From contig JAAYJW010000312.1 in assembly GCA_012522765.1 (NCBI GenBank), positions 2,753-66,752 of the forward strand: 64,000 nucleotides of DNA. The letters run 5' to 3'. The notes under the pieces are model-generated. The model was not told where the DNA came from, did no database searches, and saw nothing but the letters and a program-made list of their open reading frames with translations. Below, piece by piece: positions 29,327 to 39,326 of this stretch (its first letter is position 1; every line of letters starts with the position of its first letter). The DNA comes from a candidate division WS1 bacterium (GTDB lineage Bacteria > Armatimonadota > Zipacnadia > Zipacnadales > UBA5352). A program made the position numbers and the translations under genes.

Positions 29327-31528
29327 ATGAGCGGCGAGTCCGGCGACCGTACTGCGACGTGGATCGCCACCATCGCACTGGTGGCGATCGCGCTGGCGTT
29401 CTGGGGGGACTGCATCTTCGGCCCTTGGACGCCGCTTGCGGCGGGCTTTCAGGCACAGATGCAGCCGTGGGCGAGTGAGGCCGATCTGCCGGGAACCGAC
29501 CGCCAGTGGTCTCCGCTGCTCTGGGACAGCGTCGCGCAGTTCTACCCGTGGCGCCTGCTGCTCGCCAGGTCCATGCGCGGGGGTGAGCTTGCGCTGTGGA
29601 ATCCCCATCAGATGTGCGGGTATCCCTTCCTCTCCAACGCTCAGTCCGCCCTCTTCTACCCCCCCAACTGGCTGCTGCCGCTCTTTGACGTAAAGTGGGG
29701 GATGGGCCTGCTGTCGTGGCTGCACTACGCGCTGGCGGCGGTACTTACGATGCTCTTCGGGCGGAAACTCGGGCTCGGAGCGCTTCCGGCCGCCTTTGTG
29801 GGCATCGCCTTCGCGTTTGGCGGCTTCATGGTAACGTGGACCGAGTTGCCGACGCTGATCAACTCCGCGACATGGCTGCCGGGGGCTCTTCTGGGCGTGG
29901 CGCTGATCTACGAGCGGCGTCGCTGGGGCCTGCCACTGCTGGGGGCTTCGCTGGCAATGGCGCTGTTGGCAGGGCATCTGCAGATCGCAGCGTATGTCTG
30001 GATGGTCGCTCTTGTCTACGCACTCGCGCGGGCGCTCTGGGAGGCAGTTAACCGTCGCGCGGCGCATCTGGGTCGGCTTGCGGCGGCGGTAGCGCTGGGG
30101 CTGCTGCTAAGCGCGCCTCAGACGCTTCCCGCGCTCGAGCTTGCAGCGAACTCCCCCCGAGGCGCTGCGGGGCCATCCGAAGCGGGGTGGCAGTTCCAGC
30201 AGGAGCGGGTGCTGCAGGTGGCGGAACTTGTCCTGCTTGTCAGCCCGGATGCGTTCGGCAATCCCGCGCATGGCGATCACGAACTGACGCGCTATGGCAT
30301 TCCCTACTCGGAGCACTGCGGCTTTGTCGGCATCGTCACGCTGCTCCTCGCGCTTCTCGGCGCATGGTTCTCGCGCACGAGGTCATACGCGTTCTTTGCG
30401 GCCCTGGCGGTGCTGTCGCTTCACGTGGCGATGGGTGGACCGCTGGCTGAGGCGATGTACTTCTATCTGCCGAAGCTGGGGCAGGCGGGCTCGTTCACCC
30501 GCTTCCTGTCGGTCTTCACCTTCGCGGCGGCAATGGCCGCCGGGTTGGGCCTCGAGGGCATCTGCCGCTATCTGAAGCAGCGGGACGAGGTCGCGGGAGA
30601 CGAAGGCTACTGCGGCTGGAACCTCTGTGCACCTGCGGGGCTGTGCGTGGTTGCACTCGTTGTCCTCTGCTACGAACTGCTTCCCTGGGCGCACACTTTT
30701 CTGCCTCGGACGCGGCGGGAGCATGTGTACCCGATGACGCCATCTATCGAGCGACTGATGGCCGCCGAGGGGCGCGTGCTCACGGTGACCCCGCGCGAGG
30801 GCTGGAGCATGGCGCGTGTGCCGGAGGCGGTGCTGCCGCCCAACTCAGCGACGGTTTACGGATATGACGCCATCGGCGGCTACGATTCGCTGATGCTGAC
30901 GCGCTTCAGAGCGTTCCTCAGTGCGTCCGAAGGGACTGAGGTAGCGCCTCCACCCAACGGAAACATGCTGCTGCCGATGGCTGCCTGCGGGCCGGGACAG
31001 GCTCTGATGGGACTGGACACGGTGATAGCACGGCGTCAGCCGGAGCCGGCGCCGGGGCATGACTGTGATGACTGGGGGCTTTCAGTCACGCAGAGCCTCG
31101 GCGGTACGGCTATCTGGCGGGTAGCGGAGGCCCTGCCGCGGGCGTTTGTGGCCCCGGACTGGCAGGAGCTTCAGCAGATAGCGGCGGACGATCCGACCGC
31201 TATGCGGGCGGCTGTGGCGTCCTGCGAGTGGGAGCGCAGCGGCAATGCCGCTATCAGGGTGGCTGTGCCGGTTGAGCGCGAGGGCGATCACCTGGTGGCC
31301 ACGGAAACCTTTGCCCCCGGCTGGAGCGCTTATGTGGACGGTCGGCGCCGGGAGGCAGTGCCTTTCGGCGACACATTCATCAGCGTGATTCTTCAGTCTG
31401 ATGACACCGAGGTCCGCTTCGTGTACGAGTCATCGACGATCAAGGCCGGTTGCTTCGTGGGAATGCTGGGGCTGGCGGCATTGATGGTGGCGGCGACATG
31501 GCGGTCAGGGAGATATGGCAAGTATTGA
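29327..31528 (+). CDS. YfhO family GT-C membrane glycosyltransferase-like protein (paralog 1)
   Basis: DSVAQFYPWRLLL...LWNPH..GYPFLSNAQSALFYP matches the YfhO signature. Polytopic, with a C-terminal periplasmic domain. Confidence 0.75.
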   Translation: MSGESGDRTATWIATIALVAIALAFWGDCIFGPWTPLAAGFQAQMQPWASEADLPGTDRQWSPLLWDSVAQFYPWRLLLARSMRGGELALWNPHQMCGYPFLSNAQSALFYPPNWLLPLFDVKWGMGLLSWLHYALAAVLTMLFGRKLGLGALPAAFVGIAFAFGGFMVTWTELPTLINSATWLPGALLGVALIYERRRWGLPLLGASLAMALLAGHLQIAAYVWMVALVYALARALWEAVNRRAAHLGRLAAAVALGLLLSAPQTLPALELAANSPRGAAGPSEAGWQFQQERVLQVAELVLLVSPDAFGNPAHGDHELTRYGIPYSEHCGFVGIVTLLLALLGAWFSRTRSYAFFAALAVLSLHVAMGGPLAEAMYFYLPKLGQAGSFTRFLSVFTFAAAMAAGLGLEGICRYLKQRDEVAGDEGYCGWNLCAPAGLCVVALVVLCYELLPWAHTFLPRTRREHVYPMTPSIERLMAAEGRVLTVTPREGWSMARVPEAVLPPNSATVYGYDAIGGYDSLMLTRFRAFLSASEGTEVAPPPNGNMLLPMAACGPGQALMGLDTVIARRQPEPAPGHDCDDWGLSVTQSLGGTAIWRVAEALPRAFVAPDWQELQQIAADDPTAMRAAVASCEWERSGNAAIRVAVPVEREGDHLVATETFAPGWSAYVDGRRREAVPFGDTFISVILQSDDTEVRFVYESSTIKAGCFVGMLGLAALMVAATWRSGRYGKY

Positions 31529-32892
31529 AGACGCTACTGGTTTTCCCTCGTTTCAGGTACCCCTCGGGCGATCCGCCTCTGGGTGTTGCTTATCTCGCCG
31601 CGGCAATGCGCGAGCGAGGACTGGATGTTGAGATCTTTGACGCTACCTTCGTGCGCAATCCACTGGAGCGACTGCGTGAGAGGCTGGTGCGGGGGCTGTA
31701 TGATCTCGTCGGCGTGAGCGCGCTGACGTCTATGATCGGCGATGCGGCCGATGTTGCACGGGTAGTGCGTGAGAGCAGCCCGGCGACGATGGTGGTGGCC
31801 GGAGGTCCGCACCCGACGGTGGCGCCGGAGCACACGCTCTCGCTCGGTGTGTTCGATGCTGTGATGGTGGGGGAGGGCGAGGAGACGCTGCCGCAACTGG
31901 TCGAGTCGGGCCTGCGGCTGGAGGATCAGCCCGGGATCGCCTACCTCGCAGATGGCGAGATGGTGCGTAATGATCCTGCGGAGGTCGTTGCGGACCTTGA
32001 CGCGCTGCCCAACCCGGCGTGGGACCTGCTGGAGATGGACCGCTACCTGGGATTGTGGTATCAGCTTGATGCGGTGCGCTATGGCGTGCGCGGAACGTCC
32101 ATCATGGCCTCGCGCGGCTGCCCCTATCGCTGCACGTACTGCCAGCCGACGCTGGGGACGATCTTCGGGCGGAGAGTCCGGCGACGTTCGCCTCAGTCGC
32201 TGGTGGCGGAGGCGGAGGAACTCAAGCGCAGGTTCGGCATTGAGGGCCTGATGTGGCTCGACGACACCTTCCTTCTCGACCGGGCATGGATGCGCGAGTT
32301 GTGCGAGGCGATGATCGAGGCGAAGCTTGGGCTTATCTGGGGCTGCAACGTGCGCGCCGATGTCTGCGACCGCGAGAGCCTGCAGATCATGCAGCAGGCC
32401 GGGCTTCGGATGGTGCATGTGGGCATCGAATCGGCGTCGCAGCGCGTGCTGGATGAGATATATGACAAGGGGATCACGCTCGAGCAGGTGCGTGAGGCGG
32501 TGGAGATGGCGAGCGATCTGGGGCTGAAGGTACGCGGCTACTTCATGCTCGGCGCGCCGACGGAGACTGAGGAGGAGGTGCGGGCGAGTGTGCAACTGGC
32601 GAATGAGTTGCCGCTGGATGACGTGACCTTCAGCATCACCACGCCGCTCCCGCACACCTACCTCTACGATTCGACGCTCGATCTGATCTCAGCGGAGTTC
32701 TCGCACTTCGACTACTACAAGTCGGCGGTCTACGACAGCGACCTTGTTCTGCCGGGACAAACACTTGACAGACTGAAGAAGCTGGCGTACATCAAGTTCT
32801 ACCTGGGGCCGAAGCGTCTCTGGCGTACGATCCAGTCGATGCTGGGGATATCGGGCCTGCGGAAGGCGCTGCTGAAGATACAGAGGTTCTGA
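31525..32892 (+). CDS. B12-binding (class B) radical SAM enzyme
   Basis: N-terminal cobalamin-binding domain (PLGVAYLAAAMRERG...VVAGGPHPT) and radical SAM CPYRCTYCQ. The start overlaps the YfhO stop (TTG 31525 or ATG 31498). Confidence 0.85.
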   Translation: MKTLLVFPRFRYPSGDPPLGVAYLAAAMRERGLDVEIFDATFVRNPLERLRERLVRGLYDLVGVSALTSMIGDAADVARVVRESSPATMVVAGGPHPTVAPEHTLSLGVFDAVMVGEGEETLPQLVESGLRLEDQPGIAYLADGEMVRNDPAEVVADLDALPNPAWDLLEMDRYLGLWYQLDAVRYGVRGTSIMASRGCPYRCTYCQPTLGTIFGRRVRRRSPQSLVAEAEELKRRFGIEGLMWLDDTFLLDRAWMRELCEAMIEAKLGLIWGCNVRADVCDRESLQIMQQAGLRMVHVGIESASQRVLDEIYDKGITLEQVREAVEMASDLGLKVRGYFMLGAPTETEEEVRASVQLANELPLDDVTFSITTPLPHTYLYDSTLDLISAEFSHFDYYKSAVYDSDLVLPGQTLDRLKKLAYIKFYLGPKRLWRTIQSMLGISGLRKALLKIQRF

Positions 32893-32894
32893 AC

Positions 32895-34778
32895 ATGGAG
32901 GCGACTGCGGGGACAAGTGGGCGGGAGGCGCTGGTGACGGGGCGCGAGATGGCGCCGGTGCTTCTGTGGGCGCTGGTCATCGCGGCGCTGACGGCATGGC
33001 CCTACGTCTGGGCGGTGCAGAGCGCGGGGCCGGATCAGCAGTTTCAGGGCTTCCTGTGGGGTGTAGATGACGGGAACGTCTACCTGTCGTGGATTCGGCA
33101 GGCCTCCGAAGGGCGCGTATTGCTGCGCAATCAGTACACGACCGTCGAGCAGAATCCGCACTTCTTCAATGTCTTCCTGCTGGCGCTGGGGAGGGTGACG
33201 GCGTGGACGGGCCAGCACCCCGGGATCATCTTCCATGCGTCGCGCCTGCTCGGGAATGTCGCGTTGCTGCTGATGATCTATCTGCTGGCGGCCTTCGTGA
33301 CACGCTCGGTGGCAGCGCGCTGGGGAGCGCTTGCGCTGGCGTCACTGGGTTCGGGCTTCGGATGGCTGGCGGCGATCTGGGCGAGCAGCGTTCCGCCGCC
33401 ACTGCCGCCGCCGCTGCGTCCTCCCGACTACGCCCCCCTGCCACCGCAGACGTGGCAGGTGATGCCCGAGGCGGTCACATTCCTGTCAATGCTGCTCAAT
33501 CCGCTCTTCGTGTGGTCCATGGCGCTCATGTGCGGAGTGCTCGTCTCGGCCGCCATCGCCCTCGAGCGCCGGAGCATCGCGTGGGCGGTGCCCGCGGGTC
33601 TGCTGCTGCTGCTTGTGGGCAATATGCACACCTACGACCTGCCCGTTCTGCACACCACGACGCTGCTCTTCGCTCTCATCCTCGTGCTACAGCGGCGGAT
33701 CAAATTCGCGGACGCGCTGCTGATTTATGCGATCATCTTCATCATTGCCCTGCCGGCCCCGGTGTGGGGGTGGTGGGCGGCGAATCAGGACCCGTCGTAC
33801 CTCGCGAAGGTTGAGACACCGACGCTGTCACCTCCGGTGCATGACTACATCGTCGGGTATGGGCTGATCCTGCTGCTGGCGATCCCCGGGGCATGGTACG
33901 CGATCAAGCGGCGGCGAGAGAACCCGCGCCTGCTGCTGCCGGTCTGCTGGGTGGGCATCAACGCGCTGCTGCTGTACGCGCCGGTGGCCTTCCAGCGTAA
34001 GATGGCTGAGGGGCTGCACATCCCGCTCTGCCTGCTGGCGGGCATTGCGCTCGCGCTGGTGATTGCACCGGCGCTCGCGGTGCATCGGGTGCGACCGGAG
34101 AGTGTGCCGGGAGTGGTTCCGGCGGGTGCGAGGCCGAAGTGGCGCTCGCGACCGCCGACGCAGCTTGAGTATGCGTTGCTTGTCGTGCTGGCAGTGGCGG
34201 TGACGTTGCCATCAAACCTGCTTTTCGTGAACACGTGTCTCCACCATGTGGCGACGAACAACCGCGATCTTCTGCGCTACCTGCAGCCGCCGATCTATCT
34301 GAGCTTCGATGAGGTCAACGGGATCAAGGCGCTGGCGGCGAAGGCGGGGCCGGACGAGATCGTGCTGTCGTCATCGCTGACTGGTAATCACATCCCGGCG
34401 CGAGCATCATGCCTGGTCTTCAGCGGCCACTGGGCGGAGACGCTGGAGTTCGGGCGGACGGTGGACTATGTCGGGCAGTTGCTGCTGCCGGGGCGCGAGA
34501 GACACGTGCTCTGGTCGGCGGTCAGGCGCATCAATGCGAGCTATGTCTTCTACGGTCCGCTGGAGGCGCTGCTGGCGGAGCAGATGATGCTCGCGGCGGA
34601 CCTCGAGCCTCCCGAGGATCCGGCCGCCGAGTTTCGCCGGTCCACCGAGCAGTTCCTGAGGCCGGTCTTCGAGCGGGGCGAAGTGACCGTCTATCGCTTC
34701 GACCCGAACGCGCAGGTGGAGCTTGACTTCCCACGGCATGAGGGGCCGATCCCAACTTCGGTCGCGGATGCGCTATGA
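32895..34778 (+). CDS. Polytopic membrane protein, putative GT-C fold glycosyltransferase
   Basis: About 13 hydrophobic helices, a proline-rich loop and a C-terminal soluble domain. No confident family assignment from motifs. Confidence 0.45.
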   Translation: MEATAGTSGREALVTGREMAPVLLWALVIAALTAWPYVWAVQSAGPDQQFQGFLWGVDDGNVYLSWIRQASEGRVLLRNQYTTVEQNPHFFNVFLLALGRVTAWTGQHPGIIFHASRLLGNVALLLMIYLLAAFVTRSVAARWGALALASLGSGFGWLAAIWASSVPPPLPPPLRPPDYAPLPPQTWQVMPEAVTFLSMLLNPLFVWSMALMCGVLVSAAIALERRSIAWAVPAGLLLLLVGNMHTYDLPVLHTTTLLFALILVLQRRIKFADALLIYAIIFIIALPAPVWGWWAANQDPSYLAKVETPTLSPPVHDYIVGYGLILLLAIPGAWYAIKRRRENPRLLLPVCWVGINALLLYAPVAFQRKMAEGLHIPLCLLAGIALALVIAPALAVHRVRPESVPGVVPAGARPKWRSRPPTQLEYALLVVLAVAVTLPSNLLFVNTCLHHVATNNRDLLRYLQPPIYLSFDEVNGIKALAAKAGPDEIVLSSSLTGNHIPARASCLVFSGHWAETLEFGRTVDYVGQLLLPGRERHVLWSAVRRINASYVFYGPLEALLAEQMMLAADLEPPEDPAAEFRRSTEQFLRPVFERGEVTVYRFDPNAQVELDFPRHEGPIPTSVADAL

Positions 34779-37156
34779 GCAGAGACGAGCGCCGACATGG
34801 CCCCAGGCGGGCGGACGATCTGCTTGCCCTCGGCTTTCTGCTTGTGGTATCGCTTGCGGTGCTGTGGCAGGTGACGATCGGCGACCGGGCAATGCTGCCG
34901 ACCGGCCTCTACCACCGCATGCAGCCGTGGCGGGCTCACGCGGACGAGCTTCCCCGGGTGGACGGCCCGCTCAACCCGATCCTCGACGCGGTGCAGCAGT
35001 TCTACCCGTGGCGGCTCTACGCAGCGCGAACGGTGCGGGAGGGGGAGGTGCCGCTGTGGAACACGCAGATGCTCTCCGGGGCGCCCTTCGTAGCGAACGG
35101 CCAGTCGGCGGTCTTCTACCCGGAGACGTGGCTGCACTACGTGATTGACCCGCTGAAGGCGCTCGGTTGGGCGACGCTGGCTTTCTATCTCATCGCGGGA
35201 TGGGGCATGTACCTGTTCCTGCGGGTGCTTTCGGCGCGGCCCGTGGCGGCGGTCATTGGCGCGCTGGCTTTCATGTTCAGCGGCTTCTTCACTGGCTGGC
35301 TGACCTTCCCGGCACTACGTTCGGTCGCCGCATGGCTACCGCTGGCGCTGGTGGGGATCGAGCTTGCCGTGCAGCGGCGTCGAGTTGCGTGGCTGGGACT
35401 CACCTCCCTCGCGGTCGGGATGCAGTTCCTCGCGGGACACCTGCAGGTAGCGATCTACGTGCTGACCTGCCTTGGGCTCTACGCGCTGTTTCGCAGCGCC
35501 GCAGTGGCGAGGAACCGCTCGAGGGCCGAGGGGTGGCGGCTGGGGGGCGCAGTTGCTGCAGCGGTGGTGCTGGGGACTCTGCTGGCCGCCGCGCAGTTGG
35601 GGCCGTCGCTGGAGATGGCCCGGCTGAACTACCGGGTGGCGGGAGTGAGCTATGAAGCGCAGGTGGCACATGCGCTGGCCCTGCCGCAGGCGCTGTTGAT
35701 GCTGATGCCGGATGCGTTCGGGAACCCGGTGGACGGCAATCACTGGGGCGGCGACCTCAATGCGTGGTGGGGGAGAGCCTACCGGGTCTACACGGAGACG
35801 GCGTGGTATATCGGAATCGCCCCGCTGCTGCTGGGCGTGGCTGCTGTCGGCCTGGGTCGGGGCGCTCAACGCTGGTTCTGGCTGGCGATCGTTCTGCTGG
35901 GGCTTGCTCTCGCCTTTGGCACGCCGCTCAACGCGCTCTTTCGGTGGCTGGTGCCCGGCTACGGTCAACTGACCGGGATCGGCAGAGCGCTGGCGCTCGT
36001 CTGCACCGGCGCCTCGGTGCTGGCAGGGCTTGGCGCCGAGGTGCTGATGAGGACGCTTCGGCCCGACCGGGCGATGAAGCTCGTTGCGGCGGCTGCACTG
36101 GTGCTGCTGCTGGCGGGAATCGCGGGTGGACTGGCAGTGTGGATATTCACGGGCACCCTGGAGGCGGCGGAGCCTTCACTGCAACTTGGCGGGTACACGC
36201 TGGCGCAGATGGCGCGGTTCGGGGTTCTGCTGATCGCGGCCTGGGCGCTGGTGTCGCGGGGTGTGCGTGGGGAGGGGCGTTACACCTGGCACGCTCTCGC
36301 GCTGCTCGTGGCGCTGGATGTCGGCTACTTCGCGGGACACTTCACGCCCGCAGGGAGAACGGACTTCGCGCAGGTTGAGGCCGGACTGCTGGAGCCGATC
36401 GAGCAGGCGCAGGGGCCGCAGCGCATCGCGACGCTTGGACCGGACTTTCTCAACCGCATCGCCCCCAACACACACATGATCCTCGGGCTGCAGTCGTGCG
36501 AGGGCTCAGAGTCGCTGATCTACGCGCCCTATCACCGGCTCATCTCGGCGGCTCAGAGTGAGCGCTTCGACTTCGCGCAGGTGGATCCGCGGCATCCGGT
36601 GCTTGACCTCATGGCGGTGGGCTGGCTGGCCTCCATGGTGGAGATTGATGAATCCGGATGGCGGCTGCAGGGCCGCTATGAGACGCTGATGTACGCGAAC
36701 GAAGAGGCGGCGCCGAGGGCGTTCCTGGCGCGGCGGGCGGTCGGTGCGGCTGATGATGACGCGATCTTCCGGGCAATCACTTCGGAAGATGCAGACCCGC
36801 TGACGATCCACCTGCTCGGCACCGCGGATGAAGCGCCGACCCACGAGGGTGAGGTGCGTGTCGCAGCATATGAGGCTAACGCGGTGCGAGTGGAGGGTGA
36901 GATGCCTTCCGGGGGATGGCTGGTGCTGGCGGATGTGGCCTATCCGGGTTGGCGCGCGTATGCCGATGGAGTCGAGGCGCCGCTGATCGCCGCCGATCTG
37001 GTTCGGCGCGCCGTGCATCTGCCGGACGGCGCTCGTGAGGTGCAGTTTGTGTACCTTCCCGCAGCGTTCCGCGTCGGCAGCTTCATGAGCCTGTTGGCTC
37101 TGGGGGCGCTCGGTGCGCTGATCGGAGTTGTGCTGGTGGGGAGACGAAGAGGATGA
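34775..37156 (+). CDS. YfhO family GT-C membrane protein (paralog 2)
   Basis: DAVQQFYPWRLY...LWNTQ..GAPFVANGQSAVFYP. ATGA overlap with the upstream gene. Confidence 0.75.
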   Translation: MSRDERRHGPRRADDLLALGFLLVVSLAVLWQVTIGDRAMLPTGLYHRMQPWRAHADELPRVDGPLNPILDAVQQFYPWRLYAARTVREGEVPLWNTQMLSGAPFVANGQSAVFYPETWLHYVIDPLKALGWATLAFYLIAGWGMYLFLRVLSARPVAAVIGALAFMFSGFFTGWLTFPALRSVAAWLPLALVGIELAVQRRRVAWLGLTSLAVGMQFLAGHLQVAIYVLTCLGLYALFRSAAVARNRSRAEGWRLGGAVAAAVVLGTLLAAAQLGPSLEMARLNYRVAGVSYEAQVAHALALPQALLMLMPDAFGNPVDGNHWGGDLNAWWGRAYRVYTETAWYIGIAPLLLGVAAVGLGRGAQRWFWLAIVLLGLALAFGTPLNALFRWLVPGYGQLTGIGRALALVCTGASVLAGLGAEVLMRTLRPDRAMKLVAAAALVLLLAGIAGGLAVWIFTGTLEAAEPSLQLGGYTLAQMARFGVLLIAAWALVSRGVRGEGRYTWHALALLVALDVGYFAGHFTPAGRTDFAQVEAGLLEPIEQAQGPQRIATLGPDFLNRIAPNTHMILGLQSCEGSESLIYAPYHRLISAAQSERFDFAQVDPRHPVLDLMAVGWLASMVEIDESGWRLQGRYETLMYANEEAAPRAFLARRAVGAADDDAIFRAITSEDADPLTIHLLGTADEAPTHEGEVRVAAYEANAVRVEGEMPSGGWLVLADVAYPGWRAYADGVEAPLIAADLVRRAVHLPDGAREVQFVYLPAAFRVGSFMSLLALGALGALIGVVLVGRRRG

Positions 37157-38793
37157 CACCGGCGGTGATGCGCGGGCTCGAGGCGCTGCTTGTCTTCGCG
37201 CTCGTCACGATCCTGCTTGCCACCACCGCGCACAGCTACGGCCTCGGTTACGACGAACCGGTGTACATGTCGCGGATGCAGGAGGCGTCCGCGTGGCTGC
37301 GGCTGCTGCGGATTGACCCGGGGGAGGCGCTGAGCCGCGATGGCGTCAGCCGCTTCTGGGACGCGCGCAGCGAGCAGCAGCCCGGCTTTCTCAAGCTCTG
37401 GGGGGCGGTCACGACGCCCCTCGTGGCGAGTTGGCTCTCGCCGCTCGCGGCGCTGCGGTTCGGCACGCATCTGCTGGTGGGGCTGCTGTGCGCGAGTCTC
37501 TACGTGCTGGTGGCGCCGCTGTGGGGGCGGCTCGAGGGCATTGCTGCGGTCGGGGCGCTGATTACTCTGCCGCGCACCTTCGCGCACGCGCATCTTTTCG
37601 CGCTGGATGCTCCCGTCATGGCGGCGACTTTCATCTCACTGCATTTCTTCTACCTGTGCGCGCGCGAGCGAAGTTGGTGGTGGGCGGCGGCAGGCGCGGC
37701 AGTGTGGGGCGTGGCGCTGAGCATCAAGGTGAACGCGTTCTTCGTGCCGGTGATAGTGCTCCCGTGGCTGGCGCTCTACGCGCGTGACGCGCTGCTGCCC
37801 GCACTTGCGTGCGGTGTCACGCTCGGTCCGCTGAGCTTCATGGCAACATGGCCGTGGCTGTGGTACGACACGATCAGCCGCCTCGGGGCGTACATGGCCT
37901 TCCACGCGCGGCACTGGCAGATTCACGTGACTTACTTTGGACAGCGGCTCGCGCCCGCGCCGTGGCACTATCCGATCGTGATGACGGCAATCACAACGCC
38001 GGTGGTGACGCTCATCGCCGCCGTCGGAGGTGCGGTGCGGATGGTGCGCGAACCTCACGGCGAGGTAGAGGGCGCCGACTGGCGCTCCCGCTGGGCCGAT
38101 GGAGGCCAGTGCAGGAGGGCATTGGCGGCCCTCGTCGGCTGGGCGCTGCTGGTGAATCTCGTGCTCAATTCGCTCCCCGGCACGCCCAAGTACAATGGCG
38201 TGCGGCTGTTCCAGCCGATCTTCCCGCTGCTGGCGCTGGCAGCGGGAGTCGGGATAGGCTGGATGGCGCGGTGGGTGGCGCTTAAGCTGGAGGAACGGGG
38301 TGCGGCGCTGGGCGAAGCAACGCCACGGATCGCCGCCGCGCTGGTGGTCCTCGTGGCACTGGCGCTGCCGCTACGTGACGTGCTTGCGTATCACCCGCAT
38401 CAACTGAGCTACTACGGCCCGCTGATCGGCGGGCTGAGTGGGGCGGCGCAGGCGGGCATGGAGCCGACGTACTGGGGCGAGACGTATCTTGATGGGGCGT
38501 TGTGGCTCAATGAGCACGCCCCGCCGGGGGCGGTGGTCTGGATCGAACCGCCGGGTGTTGAGGCCACGATGCGCGTGTATCAGGAGCTTGGCCTGCTCAG
38601 GACGGACATCCGCACCACCGCCGGCTCGGATGCACTCGCGACTGCGGATTACGCGCTGTTTCAAAACAAGGAGACGGAGTTCACTGACGATTCGCGGAGG
38701 CTACTGCAGACGCGGGAGCCCTGTGGCGTCGTACAGGAACAGGGAGTGCCGCTGCTGCTGATCTTCTGTCTGACTGATGGAGGCGAGACGTGA
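37153..38793 (+). CDS. GT39/GT83-like (PMT/ArnT family) polyprenyl-phosphate-sugar dependent glycosyltransferase
   Basis: YGLGYDEPVY in the first extracytoplasmic loop (the DE/DD motif of PMT/ArnT). Polytopic. ATGA overlap. Confidence 0.65.
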   Translation: MTPAVMRGLEALLVFALVTILLATTAHSYGLGYDEPVYMSRMQEASAWLRLLRIDPGEALSRDGVSRFWDARSEQQPGFLKLWGAVTTPLVASWLSPLAALRFGTHLLVGLLCASLYVLVAPLWGRLEGIAAVGALITLPRTFAHAHLFALDAPVMAATFISLHFFYLCARERSWWWAAAGAAVWGVALSIKVNAFFVPVIVLPWLALYARDALLPALACGVTLGPLSFMATWPWLWYDTISRLGAYMAFHARHWQIHVTYFGQRLAPAPWHYPIVMTAITTPVVTLIAAVGGAVRMVREPHGEVEGADWRSRWADGGQCRRALAALVGWALLVNLVLNSLPGTPKYNGVRLFQPIFPLLALAAGVGIGWMARWVALKLEERGAALGEATPRIAAALVVLVALALPLRDVLAYHPHQLSYYGPLIGGLSGAAQAGMEPTYWGETYLDGALWLNEHAPPGAVVWIEPPGVEATMRVYQELGLLRTDIRTTAGSDALATADYALFQNKETEFTDDSRRLLQTREPCGVVQEQGVPLLLIFCLTDGGET

Positions 38794-39308
38794 TGACGGG
38801 TGCTCAGGCCGACCGGGTGCCGCTCCCCGATCCGGTACGGATACTTCTGCTTGACATAGATGGCGTGCTGACCGACGGCGGGATGTACTTCAGCGCCGAG
38901 GGTCAGGCGATGAAGCGCTTCGATGTGAAGGACGGGCTGGGGGTGGTGCGACTGGCGGAGTTGGGCTTCCCGACGGCTGTCGTCAGCGGCGATCGATCGG
39001 CGATCAGCGCCGCGCGTTGCGACGTGCTGCGCATCGGGCACGTGGTGCTGGGGCGCATGGACAAGGAGACAGCTGTGAACGAGGTGCTGGAGATGACCGG
39101 CATCGCGGCGGAGAGCGCCGTGTACATCGGCGATGACATCACGGACCTCCCGGCGCTGCACATGGTCGGCCTCGGAGTGGCGGTAGCGGATGCGGTGGAC
39201 GTGGTGCGAGAGCAGGCGGACTGGGTCACGAGACGCCCGGGCGGGCATGGTGCAGTGCGGGAGATATGCGACGCTATCATTGAGCAGATCGCCCGGCGGG
39301 AGAGCTGA
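38793..39308 (+). CDS. KdsC-family HAD phosphatase (3-deoxy-octulosonate/nonulosonate-phosphate phosphatase-like)
   Basis: LLLDIDGVLTDGGMYF...DG.G...L...G......SGD...GDDITDL. Confidence 0.7.
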   Translation: MTGAQADRVPLPDPVRILLLDIDGVLTDGGMYFSAEGQAMKRFDVKDGLGVVRLAELGFPTAVVSGDRSAISAARCDVLRIGHVVLGRMDKETAVNEVLEMTGIAAESAVYIGDDITDLPALHMVGLGVAVADAVDVVREQADWVTRRPGGHGAVREICDAIIEQIARRES

Positions 39309-39326
39309 GGATCGTTGGAGGCGCAA

